Positions 55,818-64,000 of a stretch of 64,000 nucleotides of DNA are shown in pieces (within the stretch, counting starts at the first letter, position 1; every line of letters starts with the position of its first letter). The DNA comes from a virus. A model generated the notes under the pieces. It saw only the letters and a program-made list of their open reading frames with translations. It was not told the origin of the DNA and ran no database searches. The stretch covers positions 32,001-96,000 of IMG/VR virus record IMGVR_UViG_3300017917_002838; one strand, written 5' to 3'. A program made the position numbers and the translations under genes.

Positions 55818-56867
55818 TTAGGATGCGACCTTGACGTTCTTAACGACTACCCAAGCATCTGCTTGCTCGATTTGGACACCAACGCGAGTATAAAGTGTAT
55901 ACTCGATTGAATCCTTACGTGGCCAGAAGAAGCGATAGACTGTTACATCACGCTTAATACCAATTACGACGTTATTTGGGAATGTAAGGTGGATGTCACC
56001 ATGATCTCCCGATGCGCCGGAATGTGTACCTGTTTGTGTTTCTTTAAGAAGTGGAACTTCAACAATTGGAATTCCAAATGCATAAGGTGCTACGTAACCA
56101 GCTGGTCCTCCAAGAGGAGCAACATCGCCACGGATAATGCTTGAAGCAATATCTTGTGGGATTGTCTGGTTTGTACCAATGCTATTTGCATATAGGAAGT
56201 CCTGGATCAAGTTCGAACCTGCGAGGAAGCGAAGGTCAGTACGACGTTGCTTGTACTTACGTGGAAGAGCCTTAAGAGCACTGTTAAATACAGCACGGCT
56301 AATATTAGCACCTGCTGCATCAACAACGTGACCGTAAGCCTTTGACTTAACAACTACACCATCAAATGCCTTATAAAGGTTATCTGAGGTTAGTGCTGTA
56401 TTACCATTAAGAACAACATCTTCGATGTCATTTCCTGCTTGTGTTGCCATGAGACGAGCGATATGATCCTCAAGGTCTGGACCCTCAATGTTGTCTTCAA
56501 GAGACTCTGTTGAAAGTTCCCAGTCAAGGCGAAGCTTCTTTGTTGTAAGATTAATCTTGGAGAATGTAACACCGGCATTGCTTGAAGTATCATCTGCTTC
56601 AGATGCAACCTTCATAAGCTTCTCACCGACGCCAATTCGATCAATCTCAGTCGTGTCTGCTCTCATTCTTACAGTACGTGCGACTTTACCAATTACGGTT
56701 GCATCGAATACGTAGTCCAAGAAACGTGCGGACTGTTCTGGGTTCAAAAGACCACCATCACCAGTTGATCCAATATGGATACCTGTTGTGCTAGTAGCTG
56801 AACCTGTCATGCTATCAGTTACAGTAGTATTTGATGCTACTGTCTTTTCTAGAATTTCATTACTCAT
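55818..56867 (-). CDS. Major capsid protein (HK97 fold)
   Basis: GGLL.PEQ..RF, LEDNIEG, D.E....NG; AGGTG SD; follows protease/scaffold. Confidence 0.92.
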   Translation of the reverse strand: MSNEILEKTVASNTTVTDSMTGSATSTTGIHIGSTGDGGLLNPEQSARFLDYVFDATVIGKVARTVRMRADTTEIDRIGVGEKLMKVASEADDTSSNAGVTFSKINLTTKKLRLDWELSTESLEDNIEGPDLEDHIARLMATQAGNDIEDVVLNGNTALTSDNLYKAFDGVVVKSKAYGHVVDAAGANISRAVFNSALKALPRKYKQRRTDLRFLAGSNLIQDFLYANSIGTNQTIPQDIASSIIRGDVAPLGGPAGYVAPYAFGIPIVEVPLLKETQTGTHSGASGDHGDIHLTFPNNVVIGIKRDVTVYRFFWPRKDSIEYTLYTRVGVQIEQADAWVVVKNVKVAS

Positions 56868-56886
56868 TATTTCTTTCACCTGCCTT

Positions 56887-58260
56887 TTATTTTAGTATGT
56901 CACTAACGGAACCGAGGAAAGCGCCGCTCCATTTTGATTTTTTGATTGTTGTTACTTCCTGAGACCCGCCAAGGTCTGAGGACTTCTTTACCGCAGTGTC
57001 ATTCTCCACTGCGTTAATTCTTTTTTCTACCATGCCGATTTGTTCTCTGATGGTACGCACTGATTCGCTCAATGCTGTGTGTTGTTCTGCTAATTCGCCA
57101 ATTCTTGTTTCTACACTCTTTGTAAATGTTTCCACTGTTGCTTTAACTTCTGCAACTTGCTCGGCACTCTTTTCGCTTGCCTTGCTAAGAGTATCTGAGA
57201 AGAATCCCTTAAGGTCGCCCAACATCTTTGCAAAGTCTGGTTCCTCTACCTGGACTTCTGACACATCTGCGGACTTCTCTACGGTTTCGGCTTCCTTAGC
57301 GTCTTCAGCTACTTCTGTAGCCATAGCTGCTGTATCTTCAGCTGCTTGTTCTGCAACTGTTTCTACTTCTGGGGCTGGTGTTTCTTCAACTACAGCCTCT
57401 GAAGTAGTATCTTCAATTTTTGCTTCTGACACTATAGAACCTCCTTCGTTGATCTGTGTGTTTGCCTGCTTTGCAAGTTGATTATTAAAATCAGGCAACT
57501 TTATATTTTCACGCTCTTTTGCAGAACGAGAAACCTTATTGATATATTGTTCATAAATATATCTTACTGTATCCGCCTTATTTACTTCTGAGTTTTCAAC
57601 CCAGCCAATATTTTTCATTTCATTTGAACATACTGAGCAAATTCTTTTTTCTGAAGAATCTGAAACAACAAAATTATCTGTTTCGCAATAAAAAACATTT
57701 GCTGCTACTACATCTGCAGCAAGTCCCTTATAAACTAGTTGACCATTTACCTTTTCAATAGAAAGAATATTGCAAAGCTCATTTGCTGGTGAATCTACTA
57801 GTGATAGTTCTACAAGATCGTAGTCTTTAATAAATCGAACTGTTGTTCCATCTGCCTTATTAACTTCATTATCCGATTCATTAATTCTTCCGCCAATTGA
57901 AAATCCACTCAAAGTTCCATCGAGAACTTTTTCCCAAGTATCCTGTGCGCCTTTTGAAATATAGGATGTAACCCAAACTCCGTCATAGAAAGCTTTTGAT
58001 TCTGGATCAAAAAAAGTTTCTGGTTTAAAAGAAACAACTTTGCCAACTGCAATTGGTTGATGCATTTCTCTAAGGTTGCCTCTAAATCTTTCAAATGCCT
58101 TTAGGCTTGCTTCTGCAGTAACAACATCACCGGTTTGATCTAGGTTGTTTAGAGTGGCAAAACCTGAAACGGTTCTTTTCTCTTTATTAACTTTAGCAAA
58201 GGGTACGGCAATATTGAGCCGGGTACCCTGGCTAGACCAATGAGTTTTTTCTATGTTCAT
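56887..58260 (-). CDS. Prohead protease fused to scaffold
   Basis: R.V.GFA...D..GD, REMH, GFSIGG and ELSLVD.PAN; acidic coiled-coil C-terminus. Confidence 0.92.
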   Translation of the reverse strand: MNIEKTHWSSQGTRLNIAVPFAKVNKEKRTVSGFATLNNLDQTGDVVTAEASLKAFERFRGNLREMHQPIAVGKVVSFKPETFFDPESKAFYDGVWVTSYISKGAQDTWEKVLDGTLSGFSIGGRINESDNEVNKADGTTVRFIKDYDLVELSLVDSPANELCNILSIEKVNGQLVYKGLAADVVAANVFYCETDNFVVSDSSEKRICSVCSNEMKNIGWVENSEVNKADTVRYIYEQYINKVSRSAKERENIKLPDFNNQLAKQANTQINEGGSIVSEAKIEDTTSEAVVEETPAPEVETVAEQAAEDTAAMATEVAEDAKEAETVEKSADVSEVQVEEPDFAKMLGDLKGFFSDTLSKASEKSAEQVAEVKATVETFTKSVETRIGELAEQHTALSESVRTIREQIGMVEKRINAVENDTAVKKSSDLGGSQEVTTIKKSKWSGAFLGSVSDILK

Positions 58261-58269
58261 ACTATATAA

Positions 58270-58298
58270 ATTTTAGCAATGTAGATATAAAAAGGCAA
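58270..58298 (-). promoter_or_regulatory. Candidate late promoter
   Basis: TTGCCT(TTTTA)-N17-TAAAAT. Confidence 0.55.
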
Positions 58299-58318
58299 AT
58301 ATTGATCGACCAGAAGAA

Positions 58319-59905
58319 TTATTCTACCTGGCGACCTGCACCTTGTTCATTTCTTCCTTCTCCAGAAATATCCGGAGAATTTGCTGTCCTTTCCTGATCT
58401 CTTCTTCTAGAATCCATAGCCTGAGAACGCTGTTCTGCCTGTTGTTGTGGCTTTAATTCAATAACCTTATCTCCATTGTCTAAAGGAATATATCCTTTTC
58501 TAATTCTGACCTCATTTGGAGTTATAACCTGCATTCTTAAATATCTTTCGTCAATCTTAGATTGAGTATCTTCATCTGTTAGGGTCATTTCATTGAATTT
58601 AATTTCTAAAGCATCAGTCTTTTCTTTAATTAATTTAGATAGTTTTTTCTCTAATAACATTTGAGAAGGTCGGCAAACCTGCTCTTTAAATGTTTTATCG
58701 GCATCTCTTGCAACTGCTAAATTAACACCTTCTGGAGTTCCCACCTTGTTTACAGGCACTCTATGAGCCATTAATATTTCATCACGATTTGATTTTCTAT
58801 AAACATTAAATGAAGATTCTTGTGTTCCAGCCTCAACCGGCTCCATCTTAAATTCTACCTTTTGATCTGGAGAATCTGCTGGAAGCGGAATATAAAGAGA
58901 TCTATGATTTCTCCCCTTAAGTCCAACCTGGAAAAATTCTAAAAGTTTTCTTTCTGATTCTGGTGAGAGTTTCGCACCCTTTACGGTAATAATATATCTT
59001 GGAACTGCTTTGTTCTCAAAATAGTCTAGGTTATACTTACCTGCAAATTCATTACCTGCTAAAGCATTCTGTGCAGAGATAATATCTGGTATTCCATAAT
59101 ATTGATTTACCGGTGTATATTTCTTAATATGAATAATTTCGTTTGGACGATCTTCTCCGCCAAGAATTGGGTTTGGAGTTTCCATATCTCCAAAGTTTCT
59201 AAAAAATACAATCTTGCCATAAAGAAGCTGTACGAATCCGTCTCTCATTCTTCTTACACGCATAGTTTTTGCTGGGATATGTCCAATGTATCCAATGTCT
59301 CCACGAACAGTTCTACCTATTTCTAGATATCCATTTCCTGTTGCTTCATAATCTGTCCAAACTTTAATAAGAGTTTCTGTAAAGGTTTCATTATCATTAC
59401 ATTCATCAAGCCAGTTAAAAAGTTGTTGTTTCATTCTTTCAATTTTTCTTCTAGCTCTTTCTAGCTGTGGACCCTCTTCTAGTTGATCAAGGGCATCCTT
59501 CATCTTTCTGCTTTCTTCAAATGAGTAGCCCAAACTTACAATATTTGCAACCTTAGCATTAATTGCAGCATAGTTATATGTAGAAATTTCATAAATTCTT
59601 GAAAGATATTCCATATTGTATGTTGGTTCTATCAAGTCTAGTAATGCATATCCGCTTACTGCTTGAGCCATTAAAACTTGTTGTGTCTTTGCGCCATCTT
59701 CTCCAGTAAAAGATTTTGTCATTTCTCTAGAAATTTTTCTTCTAAATGCTGGAGATAGCCCCGACATCTTTTTAATATCTTCTGCGCTTACCGCGAATGG
59801 GTCTATAGAATTACTTTCTTTTTCAAACTTAAAACGGTCATCGTATGAAACAACACTTACTGTGTTTTCCATATCTGGCTTATCTTCTTCAAATGAAACT
59901 CTCAT
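58319..59905 (-). CDS. Portal protein
   Basis: GNGYLE, EIIH, YYG.P, YF.N.A.P and TPNEVR motifs. Confidence 0.93.
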   Translation of the reverse strand: MRVSFEEDKPDMENTVSVVSYDDRFKFEKESNSIDPFAVSAEDIKKMSGLSPAFRRKISREMTKSFTGEDGAKTQQVLMAQAVSGYALLDLIEPTYNMEYLSRIYEISTYNYAAINAKVANIVSLGYSFEESRKMKDALDQLEEGPQLERARRKIERMKQQLFNWLDECNDNETFTETLIKVWTDYEATGNGYLEIGRTVRGDIGYIGHIPAKTMRVRRMRDGFVQLLYGKIVFFRNFGDMETPNPILGGEDRPNEIIHIKKYTPVNQYYGIPDIISAQNALAGNEFAGKYNLDYFENKAVPRYIITVKGAKLSPESERKLLEFFQVGLKGRNHRSLYIPLPADSPDQKVEFKMEPVEAGTQESSFNVYRKSNRDEILMAHRVPVNKVGTPEGVNLAVARDADKTFKEQVCRPSQMLLEKKLSKLIKEKTDALEIKFNEMTLTDEDTQSKIDERYLRMQVITPNEVRIRKGYIPLDNGDKVIELKPQQQAEQRSQAMDSRRRDQERTANSPDISGEGRNEQGAGRQVE

Positions 59906-60237
59906 TTTTTCTTCGCCTTTGCTACTTCTTCTTTATATACACCAATATCCAATGGATCTGGTACCAATCCCCACTCTAGTCTTTGTCTTTGGTATTCAAA
60001 CTCTTCATCATCTATTTTTCTTCTACCGGACAAAAATTTAGGTTGACCAACATAAATTCCATAACCTTTAACTTCTCTGGCAATTATATCCATTTTTACC
60101 TTATCGCCTTTTCTGGCAGCAATACTTAGAAAATTTCCTTCATCGTCACCTATCCAGCGACCATCTGGCATTTCCCAGACATATATTCCGAGGTTAGTTT
60201 CCTCTATAATTTGATGAGATTTCTTTTTTAGTTCCAT
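59902..60237 (-). CDS. Hypothetical protein upstream of portal
   Basis: GIYVW.MPDG..IGD...; ATGA overlap with portal. Confidence 0.75.
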   Translation of the reverse strand: MELKKKSHQIIEETNLGIYVWEMPDGRWIGDDEGNFLSIAARKGDKVKMDIIAREVKGYGIYVGQPKFLSGRRKIDDEEFEYQRQRLEWGLVPDPLDIGVYKEEVAKAKKK

Positions 60238-60298
60238 AGACTATTATTTTACCATTAACCCGGCTTTATGTCCAAAAAATGTCAACTAGATGGACACT

Positions 60299-62686
60299 TT
60301 ATATGCTTGAAACCACTACCCAGTCATTGTTGTAGTACTTAGGGTCATTTTCAACAATTTTTATGACAGAATCTTTTACTGAAGCTGAGGCTTTTGCTGT
60401 ATATAAATTATAATGATCTAATGCCATAGCTCCAGAAATATTTTCTTCATATAAGGTTATATTTTGATAAAGCCCTTTTAAGGCAAAATATGGGTTTCCT
60501 TGAAATAAATGCATGTCGTGTAAAAGTATATTTCCTGTTACAGTATTGGTAAAATTAATAATTACGTGTTGTATATTTTTAACACTAAATACATTATCTA
60601 TAAGTGCAGTTTCAGTTGTTTTATTTATTCCATTAACATAAATAGAGTCTATATTTTTTTTACGAATTTCGGATCCAACCACTGTATAAGGCTGAGTTGA
60701 TTGTACCCATGAATATTCTGTTTGATATCCTTGAATTGAAAATGAATTATTGGATGCATCTAGCCAAGAATATCCGCTCACTGATCCGTCAAAGTATGGT
60801 GTTGTTGATGACCCTTCTTCTAATTGTGTACAATCAATATATGTATTATATGAACCGCTGGGAAATTGTAAATATGGTACTAAAAGTGGTGCAGTATTCT
60901 CTGCTGATACAGTTACATCATATCTATGCCAATTTGTATCAGTTGGATAAAATGTTTCAGCACCAGTTCCGCCTTGAACCGCAAGACTAAATTGTGTGGA
61001 TTCTGTTTTTACATACGCAGAAAACGTAAAATTTTTTCCTCTCTGATCTTCTCTTAAATATGCACTTGGCCCAGAAACATAGTACCAAGATCCTGAAGTT
61101 GATACCTTCAAGCTTTTTGATCCGGCATTAGAAATTGATGGAACGTCAGAAGATAAAGATTTTGTTATTTGAGATTGATTTCCACCAGATATATTCCAGT
61201 TATCATAATTTATTTCAAAAGATGGGTTGGAGATGTAATTATATTTTGTTGCTGGAGAAAATAGTATAGAATATCTTGATGTTTGTAAAGGATATAAATT
61301 TTCTGGAGTATAAAAAAATTCAATAGCTTTGATTTCTTTATCTGTTGAAATCTTAAATGGACCAGATATTGATTTAATTCCATTGTTCTTATGTCTTGAT
61401 AACAAAGGATAATTAAGTGTTCCTACATAATAATCTTGACCTGCGCTAGATATGAATTCTGAAGAGTTTTCAAATGGTACCTCTTTGTTATTATACATAC
61501 TTATAGCAAAAAATGAAAACGATGGATTCATTTTTTGTACATCTGGTGTGCTAATTGTTATTTTTATATAAAGAGTTCCATCTGCTTGAGTAGCATTACC
61601 ATTATATGTTCCTGCTTGAATAATTGGAATTACACCACCATTTTCACATGGATAATAGTTATACTGATCCCCATCTGTACTTACTTCTACAGATATTCCA
61701 GCATCTCCCCGCCATTCTATTTTAGATGAAGTTGCTGATGATGGAGGAGTATAAATAATATCGTTTAAAACAACAGACTGTGCGCCAGTTAGCGTACTCA
61801 AGAATTTTAAAGATTCTGTTGCATCATCGTACTCTAATTTTTGAGAAGTTATTGAGTCTAAAAATGAATAAAAATCTTTATTTTGTGGATAAGTATATGA
61901 AAGAGTTTTAAAAAGCTTAGTATCATTAACTTGATTAATTAATCCACCGTCTGGATAGGCTACTTGAATTGGTTCTATTTGAATATGTCCATCTGAAAGA
62001 TGTGTTAATATAGATTCATATGAAAGTGCATATCTGTATATTGCTACTGCATCAATTAAAAACTTATCACCAGATGCTGAATCCGTACTAGGAATTTTTA
62101 TTGTAGGATTTGAAGAGCCTTGTGGAAATTTAAATGTAGATGGAAGGGTAAGGGTTTCTGACTGTAAACCTTCTATATACATCGTGATGCCAGTTCCAGA
62201 ATATACTGCAACTACATGGAAAGACTTGCTATCAAAATCTAAATACTTAGATATTTTATACGTAGTCGAGTCATCTCCATATACCTCAAAAAATAATGTA
62301 CTTTTTTCTATATATATGGAAAAAAATCCTTGACCTTCGATTAGTTTCATTTGAGTATTATATTTTGGAGAACTTCCTCCAGAAATTGGATAAAACCAAA
62401 ACTCTACAGAAAAATCATTGTCTGAACTATAATATGTGCCAAACGGATTAGTTTGTGGAACACCATAATAATTATTATTAATTGTAAATTCTAAACTTGT
62501 TAAGTCCGATATTTCTGTTGCATTATTCCCACCAGAAACTAAAGGAAGAAGTCCAGCTGTAAATGTTCCATTATAAGTTCCATTATTTCCACAGCCTGAA
62601 ATATCATAGGCAACCGAGCCTGAAGTCTCATCCAGGGGCCAGAAGGCTATTGGATAGTCTCTAAGGACTTTTAATTGATAGGACAT
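60299..62686 (-). CDS. LamG/concanavalin-A plus carbohydrate-binding-module virion protein
   Basis: P.AFWPLDE, FSVEFW, HVVAVY, ID.VAIY; NPSFE...QLE.G...TPYFDG module. Confidence 0.8.
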   Translation of the reverse strand: MSYQLKVLRDYPIAFWPLDETSGSVAYDISGCGNNGTYNGTFTAGLLPLVSGGNNATEISDLTSLEFTINNNYYGVPQTNPFGTYYSSDNDFSVEFWFYPISGGSSPKYNTQMKLIEGQGFFSIYIEKSTLFFEVYGDDSTTYKISKYLDFDSKSFHVVAVYSGTGITMYIEGLQSETLTLPSTFKFPQGSSNPTIKIPSTDSASGDKFLIDAVAIYRYALSYESILTHLSDGHIQIEPIQVAYPDGGLINQVNDTKLFKTLSYTYPQNKDFYSFLDSITSQKLEYDDATESLKFLSTLTGAQSVVLNDIIYTPPSSATSSKIEWRGDAGISVEVSTDGDQYNYYPCENGGVIPIIQAGTYNGNATQADGTLYIKITISTPDVQKMNPSFSFFAISMYNNKEVPFENSSEFISSAGQDYYVGTLNYPLLSRHKNNGIKSISGPFKISTDKEIKAIEFFYTPENLYPLQTSRYSILFSPATKYNYISNPSFEINYDNWNISGGNQSQITKSLSSDVPSISNAGSKSLKVSTSGSWYYVSGPSAYLREDQRGKNFTFSAYVKTESTQFSLAVQGGTGAETFYPTDTNWHRYDVTVSAENTAPLLVPYLQFPSGSYNTYIDCTQLEEGSSTTPYFDGSVSGYSWLDASNNSFSIQGYQTEYSWVQSTQPYTVVGSEIRKKNIDSIYVNGINKTTETALIDNVFSVKNIQHVIINFTNTVTGNILLHDMHLFQGNPYFALKGLYQNITLYEENISGAMALDHYNLYTAKASASVKDSVIKIVENDPKYYNNDWVVVSSI

Positions 62687-62713
62687 ATTACCTATTATAC
62701 CTTAAAATTAATA

Positions 62714-63394
62714 CTAATTTTCAGACGACAGCGCTCTTGTTAGGTAAGTTAAAAAGTCTCCCTTTATATTGATCTTTGATATATGGCCAATATTTGCGGA
62801 CGGATCAACATATACCTTGTTTCCAAGTTCCTTCCATTTATGACACATAATGTAGTCTTCTGAATATAGTTCGCCATCCTTTATTTGAATCTCAAAAACG
62901 CTGGCTATTTGATCTTCTTTTATATTATTAAAGGAATATGTTGGCGAACTATTAATAAGATCTGATATTGCTTTTTTGCTCATTTTTAAAAATCCGGTTC
63001 CAACTGAATCTACTTCAATAAGTCCAGATTTTGTCATATTAATTTGTCCGTTATTAATTCTAACATTAAAGCTTTCTGTAAATGGATCTCTTCTTCTAGC
63101 AACTCCGCCAACAATATCTTCTTCATGATTCATTAATCTTATTGCATCTAGTGGATCCCAAAACATGTCTGCATCTATAAACAATATACAATCTAAATCT
63201 TTCATACTATTTGCTAATTTCAATAATTCATTTCTAGCTTTTTGAATTAAAGACTCACCCGGCAAAAATGTAAATGATATATTTATTCCTAGCTTTTGTC
63301 CATGATAAATGGTTTCTACTAATGAATTAACATATTCAGTGGCAAGTTTTCCCTCATAGCATGGAGTTAATATTGCACAATTTTTAATCGACAT
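62714..63394 (-). CDS. GT-A fold glycosyltransferase
   Basis: TPCY, ESLI.KARN, FIDAD, GTGF, SEDY..C..W...G and GH motifs. Confidence 0.85.
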   Translation of the reverse strand: MSIKNCAILTPCYEGKLATEYVNSLVETIYHGQKLGINISFTFLPGESLIQKARNELLKLANSMKDLDCILFIDADMFWDPLDAIRLMNHEEDIVGGVARRRDPFTESFNVRINNGQINMTKSGLIEVDSVGTGFLKMSKKAISDLINSSPTYSFNNIKEDQIASVFEIQIKDGELYSEDYIMCHKWKELGNKVYVDPSANIGHISKINIKGDFLTYLTRALSSEN

Positions 63395-64000
63395 TTTCCA
63401 TCTCTTTCATTTTCCAATACATCTTATAATATTCTTCATCAAAATAAAATCTTTTAACATGTTTTGCAATTGCTCCCGTATAAGCATGCAATTTAATTCC
63501 AGTCTCTTTTAATTTTTTAAAAAACATTATGTCTTCTCCAATAAACTTATCATTAAGTCCTGGATACTCCATAAACAAAGACTGATCTGGGAACTTGTCT
63601 TTAATTTTTTGCAAAACTGATTTATGCATTAAAAGCAAACCAAATCCGGCATATTCACATTCTATTACTGAATTTTCTGGAAGTGGATGAATATAAACTA
63701 GTTTGCCTTCTTCATTTTCAAAATAAATTGTTGGAAGTGGACATGGTAATGGAATTTCTCCTTCTGGAGATGTAAAATATACACCAGAAATAATTGGCAT
63801 TGTTTCTTTATCTGCTAATTGCCATAATGAACTAAGAATTTCTGATGTTAAAAATATGTCTGAGTCTACCCATAAAATCCAGTCTACATTATCAAAAGAT
63901 AGCAGACCTTCAACTAAAACATCTCGTTGTCTTCCAATTTGATTTCCATGAATCCTAGAAATTCTTGAAATTTTTATTCCTAATGAAGGAGCTTGAGCTG
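63384..64000 (-). CDS. GT-A fold glycosyltransferase (partial, starts beyond the right edge)
   Basis: Frame is open to base 64000 (..WILWVDSD..); GFG..LMH, GEDI.F and H motifs. Confidence 0.82.
   Translation of the reverse strand, partial: AQAPSLGIKISRISRIHGNQIGRQRDVLVEGLLSFDNVDWILWVDSDIFLTSEILSSLWQLADKETMPIISGVYFTSPEGEIPLPCPLPTIYFENEEGKLVYIHPLPENSVIECEYAGFGLLLMHKSVLQKIKDKFPDQSLFMEYPGLNDKFIGEDIMFFKKLKETGIKLHAYTGAIAKHVKRFYFDEEYYKMYWKMKEMENVD

Noticed and set aside
74-61729. Plus-strand ORFs in the track (e.g. 7281..7730, 9228..9728, 11500..12075, 46995..47396, 56996..57481)
   Set aside because: All are antisense shadows of well-supported minus-strand genes, without recognisable motifs.
1-64000. 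Stop-codon reassignment, prophage integration module or diversity-generating retroelement
   Set aside because: Genes tile densely under the standard code using all three stops. No integrase, repressor cassette, host flank or reverse transcriptase is seen in this window.

Overview
This 64 kb window is an internal segment of a large, AT-rich, siphovirus-type tailed phage. Essentially all real genes are on the minus strand. WhiB, DnaE, RecA, a Cas4-like nuclease, RuvC, a PnuC-like protein, a terminase far from the portal, leaderless genes and sigma-A-type promoters point to an Actinobacteria-infecting phage. By inference it resembles the Streptomyces BE/BK-type and freshwater actinophage lineages. 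In transcription order (right to left) the window holds two glycosyltransferases, a LamG tail protein, the head genes (portal, protease/scaffold, capsid), neck genes, major tail, a -1 frameshifted tail chaperone, a 2574-aa tape measure and minor tails. Next come a replication/recombination block, a methyltransferase/glycosyltransferase island, the terminase and three tRNAs. The left-hand accessory region encodes Dps, a CHAP endolysin, Hsp20, secreted surface proteins, WhiB, HslV-like and subtilisin proteases, a UV glycosylase, thioredoxin and an array of paralogous peptides. The most striking signal is a ~95-nt putative small RNA just upstream of the tRNAs (14381-14475). Its single-stranded core is complementary to the H69/H70 region of actinobacterial-type 23S rRNA. 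Other notable items are an R-S-E ADP-ribosyltransferase-like domain inside the tape measure, a ROSE-like thermometer on hsp20, a three-gene surface-display cassette and a probable protease-processed internal head polyprotein. No searches were run: all family calls come from motif recognition, and rRNA comparisons use remembered consensus sequences.
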